A DNA stretch of 62,974 bases, counting the filler, from Octopus bimaculoides (lineage: Eukaryota): NCBI RefSeq assembly GCF_001194135.2. It is 6 parts of 5 records of this genome, joined end to end, with 100 filler letters (N's around TTAATTAATTAA, not from the genome) between each part and the next. Parts side by side here need not be neighbours in the genome. Positions count along the whole stretch, not along the records: positions 23,348 to 53,249 come from NC_068992.1; 5 more parts are not named here. One strand, 5' to 3'. Below the pieces are notes generated by a model that worked only from the letters and a program-made list of their open reading frames with translations, did not search any database and was not told the origin of the DNA. Of this stretch, positions 37,332 through 50,150 are shown piece by piece (the stretch's first letter is position 1; each line of letters opens with the position of its first letter). A program made the translations under genes and the position numbers.

Positions 37332-38845
37332 GCGTTGACAACAGTAAGGCAGTGTTAATAAGTGTATTAGTGTTGGATACAGTGTTAATAGCTTTACTGT
37401 AGTATTGGCTACAGTACAATGGTGTTAATAGCTGTAAAGCTATTGACCGATTCAACGAGTATCTCGAGGTGGATGTTCTACATGCCAGAAATAGCAACCA
37501 AATTTTCTTCTAATTACGTACTCATTAAAAAATATCGCGTAACAGAGTGTTAGGTATAGAAAAAAAAAACAGGGTAATAAAGATTAGAACGCCTTTCATA
37601 AAACATCTGCTTAATTAGAGCGCACAACAGGAGCTAAATAGACAACATAAGCAGCAAATGAGATTCGTTTGGTAGTGTTAATTGCAATGGCTGGCGATTA
37701 TACCGGTTAATGACAATGAATGTTGTAATATGTTAAGATAAGGTAATGTTCGTTAAGGTTTCAAATTCTCTGACGGTCTTTACACTAAGTATTTAATTAT
37801 TTGACTTACTGAAGCTAGTTAGCTGGATATTAACACGCAGATTGTTACTGAGTAGTCTAAAGACACGTGTACCCTCCTCCAACGCAACGTAATCTTCACG
37901 CCGAACCAGTATGATATAACGTGACATGGCTTAAAACTATTGAAAAAGGGATGAATCGACTTCTAGTATGGGACTGGTGCTTATTTATTGACCTATAAGG
38001 ACGAAAGGCAAAATTTACCTTCATAGATTTTGAACTCAGAGCGAAAACGAATTCCCAAAGCTCTATCGATTCGACCAATTCGATAACTTAATGGTCGTTA
38101 TGCTGTAAGAATATTTAATCTTTTTATTATATTTTTAGATATAGTTACTATGGTTTTAGATATATTTATTTCATAGTCTGCAAAGATGGGAGGGTAGCTA
38201 TAGTAATTTATTATAAAATTATTTATAATATAGTGTTCGATATTATGAAAATGTAGTGCTATTGATTCTTGTGCAGTAGCATAGCTGAAGATTGAACGGG
38301 GACAGCGGCCCGCGCCGGGCTACGCTTTTATGGGGGTAGTACCAAGGCTGTCTTAACAGTATTATAGACATCCGGACAAAAAACTGCATTGGACCTTATA
38401 AATATCTATGGATAGCAAGCCATAGCATAGATAGGGCCTCTAGACGCATAGGACCTCTAAAAGACTTCTCGGTATGCCAATGCCTTAAGTTGACACTGGG
38501 TGGCATTTGGGGGGGGGGTCTAGTGTATAAGCCTGTATAGGCTTAAGGGTTCCCAGGAGAGGTGGGGCAGCAAATACTTAAGATACACCACTGTTCTTGT
38601 GTAGCAGTGTAGTTGCAGAATGGAAGTGTTAGAGCGATGTAATGTGGTGTAGTTGATTGTTTATTAAGTGTAAATTAAGTGTAGAAGTTTTACTAATGGA
38701 TTTAGGGCGTTTGACCCGAGCAAAAAGAAAAAGAAAATAGTGCAGTATGGTGTACAACAACATGTGGTAAACGAATATGAAAAAAAAAAANNNNNNNNNN
38801 NNNNNNNNNNNNNNNNNNNNNNNNNNNNNNNNNNNNNNNNNNNNN

Positions 38846-38956
38846 AAGCCTAGTACTTATTCTATCGATCTGTTTTGCCGAACCGCTAAGTTACGGAGGC
38901 GTAAACACACCACCATCGGTTGTCAAGCGATGTTGGGGGGACAAACACAGATACAA

Positions 38957-38989
<33 letters not shown>

Positions 38990-39108
38990 CGACGGGCTTC
39001 TTTCAGTTTCCGTCTACCAAATCCACTCACAAGGCTTTGGTCTGCCCGAGGCTATAGTAGAAGACACTTGCCCAAGGTGCCACGCAGTGGGAATGAACCC
39101 GGAACCAT
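38846..39108 (-). mobile_element. SINE family A, head truncated at 39108
   Basis: Reverse copy broken after GGAACCAT. Confidence 0.8.
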
Positions 39109-39342
39109 TGTGACCGGGTGTTAACGTTGAGTTTTCCGATCCTGTGAGATTGATCGTGTGAATTTTCCGAGTCGTCTCCCCCCCCGTTCGCCAACGCGCA
39201 TTTTTTGCTTCATATTCGTTTACTACATGTTGTATACACCTATTGCTCTTTTTTTTTTTTTTTTGCTCGTGTCAGATGCTTTAGTTTGACCGGATTTAGT
39301 ACATGAGTGATGCTACGTGTGTACGTCGATGTTTATCACTGT

Positions 39343-39440
39343 GGTGGAGGTAAAGAATACGCACACCACCCGTTTTCGGCGTAAGCCTAAACCCTAACCC
39401 TAACCCTAAAAACCGAGTGTTCGTATTCTTTACCTTCGCC
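39343..39440. repeat. 24-bp inverted repeat enclosing (CCCTAA)3
   Basis: GGTGGAGGTAAAGAATACGCACAC (39343-39366) versus the reverse complement of 39417-39440, 3 mismatches. Telomere-like hexamers at 39386-39409. Confidence 0.75.
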
Positions 39441-39511
39441 AATTACTGTGAGTTTTCGGCACAGAAGTGTTACAGCGATGTATTATGATGTTCTAGAAAT
39501 ATACGAAGTGT

Positions 39512-39649
39512 TAATTAATATATGGCAGTGTAGTTCCAGTGTAGAAATATCACAGTGTAATTAATATATAGCAGTGTAGTTCCAGTGTAGAAATATCACA
39601 GTGTAATTAACATATGGCAGTGTAGTTCCAGTGTAGAAATATCACAGTG
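39512..39649. repeat. Minisatellite, 46 bp x 3
   Basis: TAATTAATATATGGCAGTGTAGTTCCAGTGTAGAAATATCACAGTG starting at 39512, 39558 and 39604. Confidence 0.9.
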
Positions 39650-40843
39650 CTAGCTTTGTCGCTTGCAGAAACAAGATAGACTTTGATTTTTATGTGACGG
39701 TATACACGTATCACAGTGTTAAACTATCGTTTGCAGAAGCAAGGTAGCCTTGTTCCTCACGTGGCAGTGTAGTTTTAATGTAGAAGTGTTGCATGCACTG
39801 TTATTCGTTGAAGTGTAAAGCGGTACTATTGATTATTGCATGGAAATATGGCGATACTGATTACAGCTTGGCAGTGTAGCGATAGTGTAGCAGCCGAATT
39901 CTAGTGCTGTAATAGAACCATAACGATAATGGTAGTAGTGGTGGTGGAGGTGGTTGCATTCCTGGTTGCAGTCTATATTTTTACATTGCTATAGTGTGGC
40001 GTTGTTGCAGTCTTTTCAGTGCTGGAACTGTGACAATATTGGAATATCTAGTATTCAGTTCATACTACATTCTTCAACAGGAAACGATACGGCATAGAAC
40101 AGACAAGCAGACTACAAGGAAAGAAGAATTACAAGCAAATTGCGTTAGGACGTACGGGTTGATGGTGATGGTGGTGGTGGTGGTGCCAATGTTGCTACCG
40201 ATGAATGGGAAATTAAATCTAGATTATTTATTTATTTATTTATTCCGTCCGTGCCTTACAAAATAGTGTTTGCAGAATATTGAATGATATTAATATTTAT
40301 GTCTTGTAAAATGGTGCTTGTAGAATAACGGAGAGCGATACTAACACAAACACAGCGTATATATATATATANNNNNNNNNNNNNNNNNNNNNNNNNNNNN
40401 NNNNNNNNNNNNNNNNNNNNNNNNNNNNNNNNNNNNNNNNNNNNNNNNNNNNNNNNNNNNNNNNNNNNNNNNNNNNNNNNNNNNNNNNNNNNNNNNNNNN
40501 NNNNNNNNNNNNNNNNNNNNNNNNNNNNNNNNNNNNNNNNNNNNNNNNNNNNNNNNNNNNNNNNNNNNNNNNNNNNNNNNNNNNNNNNNNNNNNNNNNNN
40601 NNNNNNNNNNNNNNNNNNNNNNNNNNNNNNNNNNNNNNNNNNNNNNNNNNNNNNNNNNNNNNNNNNNNNNNNNNNNNNNNNNNNNNNNNNNNNNNNNNNN
40701 NNNNNNNNNNNNNNNNNNNNNNNNNNNNNNNNNNNNNNNNNNNNNNNATATATATGCATATATATATATATGCTTATACATATATATGCATATATATATA
40801 TGCTTATATATATATATGCATATATATATATATATATATGCAC

Positions 40844-40878
<35 letters not shown>

Positions 40879-41540
40879 TTATAAATATGTGTGTGTATGC
40901 ATATATATCTATTCATATATATATATACACACACACACATACGGGCGTACTTGAAACGTGTATACGTACACAGACATACACACATACATTCACACACACA
41001 CATGTATGTGTGTACGTATGTAGGTATATGTATGTACGTAAGTAGGTAGGTAGGCATGGACTGGTTGATTCTTTATGAATATTAAGTGTATTTCCATCAA
41101 AACGTAATTTAAAAATAAACATCTATTGTTTGTTCAAGCCTAGATAGAATTTAAGAAGAAAACAGAAACAAAATAAAAATTATTATTTTAAAATTCTCCT
41201 TCAGAGGAAATAGAGTTTTAATAACAGACCCAGGGGAAGGAATGAGTCCTGCAACAAGACACGAATTCGCAACCAATGGGCCATTCCACACCCTATTTTA
41301 TATATCTTTATAGAGGAATTCGGCAATTCATATGGCATATTCTCTTCCCCCCCACCTCTTTCTCTCTCTCTCATTCAATCACAACCACATTTACTTATCG
41401 ATTTGTAGCAGCTGGTAAATAACTGTTCTTCACAACATCTTCATATTCCGGACAGGAAAATATAAAAATACACAAATAAATAAATAAATAGAAGTGATTT
41501 TTTTTTATGAGGTGTGGGTGGAATGAGAGACTTAATTACC

Positions 41541-41773
41541 CTTTTACTCTTTTACTTGTTTCAGTCATTTGACTGTGGCCATGCTGGAGCACTGACTTTT
41601 TTTTTTTAGTCGAGCTAATCGACCCCAGGACTTATTCTTTGTAAGCCTAGTACTTATTCTATAGGTCTTTAGCCGAACCGCCAAATTACGGGGACGTAAA
41701 CACACCAGCATCGGTTGTCAAACGATGTTGGAGGGACAAACACAGACACACAAACATATACACACACATACAC

Positions 41774-41806
<33 letters not shown>

Positions 41807-42103
41807 NNNNNNNNNNNNNNNNNNNNNNNNNNNNNNNNNNNNNNNNNNNNNNNNNNNNNNNNNNNNNNNNNNNNNNNNNNNNNNNNNNNNNNNNNNNNNN
41901 NNNNNNNNNNNNNNNNNNNNNNATATACACACATATATACGACGGGCTTCTTTCAGTTTCCGTCTACCAAATCCACTCACAAGGCTTTGGTCGGCCCGAG
42001 GCTATAGTAGAAGACACTTGCCCAAGGTGCCACGCAGTGGGAGTGAACCCGGAACCATGTGGTTGGTAAGCAAGCTACTTACCACACACCCACTCCTACG
42101 CCT
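41541..42103 (-). mobile_element. SINE family A, full length, gap in the internal microsatellite
   Basis: Both halves are in register across Ns at 41807-41922. Confidence 0.85.
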
Positions 42104-42399
42104 ATTTTATAGCACAAGCAGAGAATCCAAAGAACTAGTCTTCGGCAACATAACGGTGACGATAAGGATTTCATCGTATTAAACATCAAAGTCCGATAAA
42201 ATCGATTGTAGAGGAGACGGAAACAAGGCAGTCTTAACAATATTGTAGGCCCACGGGCCATGCAATGGACTGGGACGCATTGACAGCAAGCCACGATATA
42301 CATAGATTGATATTTGGACCCCTCCACCCGTAAGGTCCGAGGGTGACAATCAGGATGATTACCCAGTGTGTCTATATCTTAATGTGTCACTGAATATAT

Positions 42400-42612
42400 A
42401 AGGTGGTGAGATGGCAGAATCGTTACCGCGCCGGGTAATATGTTTGGCGGCATTTGGTCCGTCTTTACGTTGTGTTCAAATTCCACCGTTGTTGACTTTG
42501 CTTTTCATCATTTCGGGGTCGATGAAATAAGTACCAGTTGAACACTAAGGTCGAGGTAATCGATTCCCGCTCCCTCGAAATTGCTGGCCTTGTGCCAAAA
42601 TTTGAAACCAAT
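42400..42612 (+). mobile_element. SINE family B
   Basis: Head, core and tail motifs. Confidence 0.75.
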
Positions 42613-42712
42613 GTGTCACTAGGTAGAGGTATAATTGACTGAAGTGACTTACCCTGGTATATTACAGGTGATTTTCTGTTCGTAATATACTTTATACTTA
42701 TATACTGCACAT

Positions 42713-43344
42713 CAGTGGTTCTCAACTGGAGTCCTTATGGCCCCTGAGTGTCCATATAAGATTTTGTGGGCCCATGCCACAAAATAGTAAATTGGGGATC
42801 CAGGATAGTATTTTAAGGGCTCTTGAAAACATTTTGTTTTAGATGTATGTATTGGAATGTATTACAAGAAACAGACAGGTTCCTTTCCCTAATATTTTAC
42901 ACAGTCTAACCCAGGGGTTTTCAAACATTTTGACTTGCGGACCCCTTTATATTTCACGCTTTACCTTAGGGACCCCCTTATAAACGCTTATGAAATTTTT
43001 ACATAAATATTTGCTTAAAATAACATATATTTTTACATTTGTTTATTTAACAGTATTTGTTTATTTAACAGTATTTAACAAATAGGTTTATTGTCAATTA
43101 AAAGATTTCGATTAAAAACCATATATAAAATCAAATTGCCCATAAAAAGTATTTGCTGTCTACGGACCCCCTGTTTGAAAACCACTGGTCTAACCTATAC
43201 AAGTTAATATGTGAAAAACAAAATAAGAATTTTGAAAGAAGTTTCTATAAAACTAGTTTTTAAACATTGAATGGCTATGGGAGTCCACCAGAATAAAATA
43301 ATAATCAAAGGGGTCCATAGGCAAAGACTGTTTGAGAACCCCTG
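42713..43344. mobile_element. Older hAT (Charlie-like) MITE hosting the nested MITE
   Basis: Ends CAGTGGTTCTCAAC / GTTTGAGAACCCCTG. Flanking 8-mers CTGCACAT and TTGTAGAT match at 5 of 8 positions. Confidence 0.75.
42912..43187. mobile_element. hAT (Charlie-like) MITE with perfect 8-bp TSD
   Basis: TIR CAGGGGTTTTCAAAC / GTTTGAAAACCACTG. TSD GTCTAACC at 42904-42911 and 43188-43195. Confidence 0.9.
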
Positions 43345-43469
43345 TTGTAGATGAATGACAGACAAATGAAACTCAAAACAAATGGGACTCAAAACATTGA
43401 GGAACCAAATCAAATACTGCAAAGAATTTAGCTGGACATTTCTACTGTTACAATGTCTAACACGGTGTG

Positions 43470-44935
43470 AACAATGGTTTCAAATTTTGGCACAGAGTCA
43501 GCAGTTTTGGAAAGGAAGGGAAATCGATTACATCGACCCCAGTATTTGTCTAGGATTTATTTCATCGATCCCGAAAGGACGAAAGGTAAAATCGAACTTA
43601 GCGGAATTTGAGCTCAGAACTTAAAAGACGGACGAAATACCGTTTAGCATTTTGCTCGGCGTGTTAAAGTTTCCGCCAGCTCGCCACCTTAACACGAGGT
43701 GAATAATAAATAGTAATAATTCTTTTCTAAATTTTGGCACAAAGTCAACAATTTTAGGCAAAGGAGAAAATCGATTACAACAATCTCAGTGCTCAGCTGG
43801 TACCTATTTTATCGACCGTGAAATCATGAAAGGCAAAATCGACCTCGGCGGAAATGTCACAAAGCGTTGTATTCAACNNNNNNNNNNNNNNNNNNNNNNN
43901 NNNNNNNNNNNNNNNNNNNNNNNNNNNNNNNNNNNNNNNNNNNNNNNNNNNNNNNNNNNNNNNNNNNNNNNNNNNNNNNNNNNACAATCGGAAGAAATGT
44001 CAATTAGCATTTTATTTTATTTATTTATTTATTTATTAATTTTTTTGATTTCCCGCGGCACTGACGATTCTATTGTTTTAAATTTTGGCACAAGACCAGT
44101 TTATTTTAGGGGCAGGGGAAAGTTGATTACATCGAATCCAATACCTTACAGGTATTTTATTTATTTTTTTTTTTTTTGACTCCGACAAGATGAAAGGCAA
44201 AGTAGATCAAGGCCATAATTGGACTCAGAACAAGAATAGTTCTTAAGAAACACTGCAGGGCATTCATTCCGACGATCTGACAACTTAAACATGTACACAC
44301 GCTCACACACAAACGCGCGCACATACACACACTTTGAATAATATACTGTAAGCGATTAAGCTATCTTCACAGTAACTTGTTAATCATTAACGTAAATTCT
44401 AAGGTTGAATCAGTATATCAAATGTGTGAAACAGCTGCTCCTTCGATGAGCTTCCAAAGTTTCCGTCTAGTATCTGTGAATTCCATTCACAAATACTTAC
44501 CTCGACTTGGGTGTACTTGTCTAAGCACCTCGTAGCGGGAACTGAAGAGCCCGGGATTTTGAAGTCGAAAAATAAACTTCTTAAGCACTAGTCCATGCTT
44601 GTCTGTATGTACACACACACACGCACACAATAGTCCACAATTCCTCATGGGCCCGTATGAGTGCAATTACCTAAGACATACGGCGTGTTTAGGGCCTTGT
44701 AAAACTGGCGAACCGCATCTATCTATTTCTTCCTCTCCATGCCTGAACAAAGCTGATTTTTTTTTTTCCAGAGAGAAAAACGGAGCAAAGATAGACAAAT
44801 AGAAGAATCGCCCCAGTAATGGACTGATCGATTGTTACTTTATTTATCGATCCGGAAAGGATGGCAGCAAAGCTGACCTTGGTGCGGTTTGAACTTACTG
44901 AATACAGAGCCTTAATGAATATTGCAGGATATTTT
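43470..44935 (-). mobile_element. Cluster of four same-orientation SINE family B copies
   Basis: About 43470-43692, 43725-43856, 44075-44275, 44795-44935. Confidence 0.7.
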
Positions 44936-45068
44936 GAACAGCCAATGCAGGGTTTTTTTTAGGTTGTGCGTGTGTATGTGTGTGTGTGCGTGCATGTGTG
45001 TATGTATGTATGTATATATGAATGTATGCATGCGTGAATATATATGTATGTGTCTATATGCATATGAG

Positions 45069-45117
<49 letters not shown>

Positions 45118-45730
45118 TGGTAAGCGCTAATGCACGAAATTGCCGGTCCTTAAGTCACTTTGTAGCTTCCGCCGATTAATGAAATATATATAAACTGTGT
45201 TGACTTCTGTTTTCTTGTTGGTATAGAGATGCGCGCGTGCATACCCTGTATATCCAAACATGCGCCATATACATCGACACATGCTATGTGTAGATATATG
45301 TGTGTATTACACATATATGCATTACACAGAATGTATATACATATATATATATATACACATATATCTATACATAGCAAACGCGTGTATAAGTATATTATAT
45401 ATATATATATATATATATNNNNNNNNNNNNNNNNNNNNNNNNNNNNNNNNNNNNNNNNNNNNNNNNNNNNNNNNNNNNNNNNNNNNNNNNNNNNNNNNNN
45501 NNNNNNNNNNNNNNNNNNNNNNNNNNNNNNNNNNNNNNNNNNNNNNNNNNNNNNNNNNNNNNNNNNNNNNNNNNNNNNNNNNNNNNNNNNNNNNNNNNNN
45601 NNNNNNNNNNNNNNNNNNNNNNNNNNNNNNNNNNNNNNNNNNNNNNNNNNNNNNNNNNNNNNNNNNNNNNNNNNNNNNNNNNNNNNNNNNNNNNNNNNNN
45701 NNNNNNNNNNNNNNNNNNNNNNNNNNNNNN

Positions 45731-45761
<31 letters not shown>

Positions 45762-46348
45762 GGAAATAGCAAATCAAATTTTAATATGAATCTATCATTT
45801 TTATTAGAGACAGCTGGTGAGACTGTGTACATATGTACACGCGCGCACACACACATGTTATATATATACGTCTATCTCAGTTATATAGATTTAGGTTTTG
45901 GACACTGAATGCGATGGCTTAAGCATCAGAAATCGCCACAGAATACACACATGCCTACACACACACGTGTATGTGTATGTGTATATATCTATATGTACAT
46001 GTAGATGAACGTATATACATACATGTACATATATATGCATATACTCATATATTGTTTATATATATATATATATATATATATAGCAAGATAGATATGTAGA
46101 GTGATAGACAGAAAGATTGATAGATAGATAGATAGATAGATAAACAGAGGAGGAGAGAGATTATATGAGATATACAGTAGTATATTGTACACCTCTAACA
46201 TACTCGTGTGTAAGTATACAAGGATGTAATGTACGTTTGCATGGTTTGCATGGTTTGCAGGTTTGCAAATATTTATACACAGATTATAAGAATAAAACCA
46301 TGAGCTGTGCAAATACAAACACCTTGCTGAAAGAAGAACAAAACGCAT

Positions 46349-46394
<46 letters not shown>

Positions 46395-46823
46395 ACTTTC
46401 TACATACACAAACCTGTTTCTAAAACATTTAGATACGCATATTTACATTATTTTTCGATGCATACACGCACATACCTTAACAGAAAGCTGAAGATATTTA
46501 AACAAATGAATACAGACACATGCATAGTTACACGCATACATACATATAAACACACTCACACGTGCACGCACGCACGCGCGAGCACACACACGCACCTTAC
46601 AGGGAATTAAAAGACCAAACGCCTAATGCAAACATACACATCGTGAGTATACGCAAGCACACCCTCTTGCACACACGCATACACTCCACTCTCTCTCTCC
46701 CTTTCTCTGTCTGTCTGTCTCTCTCACGTACACTGCTTAATCTCTCCTCACACGCATATACTGCTTACCCTTTCTCTCTCTCTCTCTATCACACACACAC
46801 ACACTACTCACTCCCACTTATTT

Positions 46824-46865
<42 letters not shown>

Positions 46866-47236
46866 GTATTATATATAATGGAAGCCGCTTATTGTGATCA
46901 TTAGAGGACGAGGCTACATAGATAACAATAACAGCCTGATAGTATCCTAGGTTCGGGGGCTAATTGTGATAACAGCAACCGTCTGAAGACACATACAGCT
47001 GCAACATACTGGCACAAGAATTCTTGAAGTACATATACATACGCGAATTTAAATATATAAAATTATATACAAGCACATATGTGTGCGTTTGGGTGTGTGT
47101 ATATATGTTGACACACTATTTTTTTTACAGAAAATTGTATACACTCAGTAAATTTAAACATTCAAACACTTCTTTCACACACTAAAAGATTATGTTTGAC
47201 GTGTGTGTGTGTGAGAGAGAGAGAGAAAGAGAGAGA

Positions 47237-47277
<41 letters not shown>

Positions 47278-47491
47278 CATGATAGTCTTCTTGCACTCGT
47301 GTGAATTGTCGGCAACGTGAAACTCAGGGTTCCCATTCAACAAGCTTCATTCATCTTCAACTACATATGACAAAGACACTATTTTTATTTTAATTAAGCA
47401 CTGTTTTCACTCATTTGTAAACACGAACGTTTTACACACACATGTATGCACGTATGTATGTGTGTGTGCATGTTTGTATATATACACACAC

Positions 47492-47553
<62 letters not shown>

Positions 47554-48212
47554 CAAATTCTTTTCTCACATTTACTGCTGTCTCTCCGTCTCTTTCTCTT
47601 TGTCATCCTACAGTGACATAAACATGTACACAAGCACATACATACACACATATACATACGTGTGTGTATACATGTCTGTATTATATATATATATATATAC
47701 ATGTATATATGTATGTATGTATGACAGAAAACATAAATGATAATAAGTCCCATTTACCTTGATTCTGCAAACGTGTTTCCCCTTGCAGCTCTGTAAAGCT
47801 ACAACTGTCCTCTTTCGGTAAAATCCATTGTTGGTGGACGAACGTCAGGTATATATATTTATATTTGTGTATATATTTCTAAGGGCTGTCAGGAGATGGA
47901 GGGAAAATAGATGAATAGAAAGAGAAAGAGTCCAATAAAGAGAGGAGAGACGCGAAAGTGATGTATATATATATATATNNNNNNNNNNNNNNNNNNNNNN
48001 NNNNNNNNNNNNNNNNNNNNNNNNNNNNNNNNNNNNNNNNNNNNNNNNNNNNNNNNNNNNNNNNNNNNNNNNNNNNNATGATAGAGAAAGATGAAGAGAT
48101 AGAAGGGAAAAAAAGTAAAGACAGATTGACAGAGAAAGAAGAAAGACTGAAAGACTATGAATGAGTGGGAATAGAAACAGTTAGAAAGATAGATACGTAG
48201 ACAGATAGATAA

Positions 48213-48262
<50 letters not shown>

Positions 48263-49754
48263 TAGATAACTAAACAGAGAGATAGAGAGATAAATAGGAA
48301 AACGAAAGGAAAAAATGGAAGCACTAAGAAGCGACAGATTGATAGGAATCGGAGAGAAGGAAAGCGAAAGCAAAGGAGTAAGATGTGTGTATGATGTATA
48401 TAGAAAGACAGACTAAGACAAGGAGTGAAGTGATGAATGAGTGATGAAAACAAAACCAAGCAACTGAGTGAAGAGAGAAAGAGAAGGAGAGTCACTAGGA
48501 GGAGCGAGTGAGAATGTGATGATTGAGATAGAGTGAGCGACTGGGCTTCCTTTCGAAAGAAGTGAACTTCCTATATTCAACAGTAGGAATCGAGAGGTTT
48601 GTGATCGACTCGACAACATGAAATATCAAACTACATTTTCTGCTTAAATTTCAGGAATTTTTTTTTTTTTTTTTTTACTTTTCTTTTCTTCCATAATACA
48701 TTCATTCATTCATTCATTTCTTTTATTCTTTCTTGCTTTCTTTTCATTGTCAACCTTAATTCTTCAATTCTACTCTTTTTCCTTTTCCCTTTCTCTCTCT
48801 CTCTCTCTTTTCATTTCATTTTTGTTTACCCCTTTTCTTTCGTTCGATGGTTTCTAATTTCCTTTTTTTCTTTTTTTCTATTTCGTTTATCCCCCTCCTC
48901 TTTCTCTCTCTCATTTTCCATTCTTTGCTTTCTTCTCTCTTCTTTTCCTCTCTCAAACTTTCTTTCTTTTCATTCTTTGTCAATGTCTCTAGTCATACCT
49001 TAAATCTTTTCCCTTCCCTCAATTTGTTTAGTGTCTCTTTCCAATCACTTCCCCTCTAGTTTTTCTTTCGCCTCACATGCCAACCATTTCAATATCTCCC
49101 TTTCCCTTTATCTCTCTATCTGTTGCACTCACCCCTATTATCTGTTGCATTACCCCCTTCAGACCCCACCCTCTCTCCTCAGTCTCTAACGATCTACCTA
49201 CCTATCGCTCTTTACGATGCTCCATCTCTTACTATATCACTTTCTCTCATTTTCCTGCTTACACTAATATTCCCGCTCTATGCGTCATTTTCTCTCTTCT
49301 AATCCCAATCTGTCTACCTATTGGTCTATCTCTCTACCTATTTATTGCTCCCTGTGTGTATCCCTCTTTTACTAACCCTTATATCTATTTCCACCATTAA
49401 TCTTAAAGCTTTGCTATTACTCCTATTCTTTCCTATTATTTACGCGCTACTGACAAGCCAAGCCACATACACACGCATACACCGAGTTATGTAAAGTTGT
49501 TATTCTGCTAATCATACTGTCATGTACCCGTGGGGGTAATGCTCCTATCTAAATGCTATACATTCATTTTCAAATAGTTTAAAAACCACATTGCCTATTC
49601 ATTGATAGGTAGGTAGATAGATAGATAGATAGATAGATAGAAAGGTAGGTAGGTAGATAGATAGCTAGCTAGATAGGTATAAAGGTAGTTAGATAGATAG
49701 ATAAATAGATAGATAGATAGATAGATAGATAGACAGATAGACAGATAGATACAT

Positions 49755-50150
49755 TTCTTTTATTAGCCACACAGGGCTCAACGAAGATGGGACAAATACA
49801 ATGTAGAGCTTTTCTTTTTGGGAGGGGGAAGGAAGGAAAAANNNNNNNNNNNNNNNNNNNNNNNNNNNNNNNNNNNNNNNNNNNNNNNNNNNNNNNNNNN
49901 NNNNNNNNNNNNNNNNGGTGTCGATCAAAAGGGATCGTAGGAAGGGAAAAAGGGGCAGTTCGATCAAAAGGGATCGAAAAAAAAAGAAAAGGAAAGGCCG
50001 ATCAATAGGGATCGTGTATCACACAGTAATGTTCTCGTGTAAAAAGAGGGGAGGACAGTTTAGGTTTAGCCGTGGAAGGAAAAGCCCACGGAAAAGACCA
50101 CGGTAACCTTGGTCAATATTCTCATTGAAGAAACTATAACAGTAAGTGAC
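49755..50150 (-). mobile_element. Probable LINE 3' UTR fragment (unclassified, possibly Tx1-like)
   Basis: Minus-strand end TTTGTCCCATC..GAGCCCTGTGTGGCTAATAAAAGAAA resembles the family-B SINE tail. It sits between (TAGA)n arrays. Confidence 0.35.

Noticed and set aside
38298-38330. GC hairpin followed by TTTT (terminator-like or Helitron end)
   Set aside because: Eukaryotic context, no upstream gene, and no CTRR terminus.
39386-39409. Interstitial telomere or fusion scar
   Set aside because: Only three exact hexamers, enclosed in an inverted repeat.
39512-39649. CRISPR-like array
   Set aside because: Units are contiguous with no unique spacers, and the DNA is eukaryotic.
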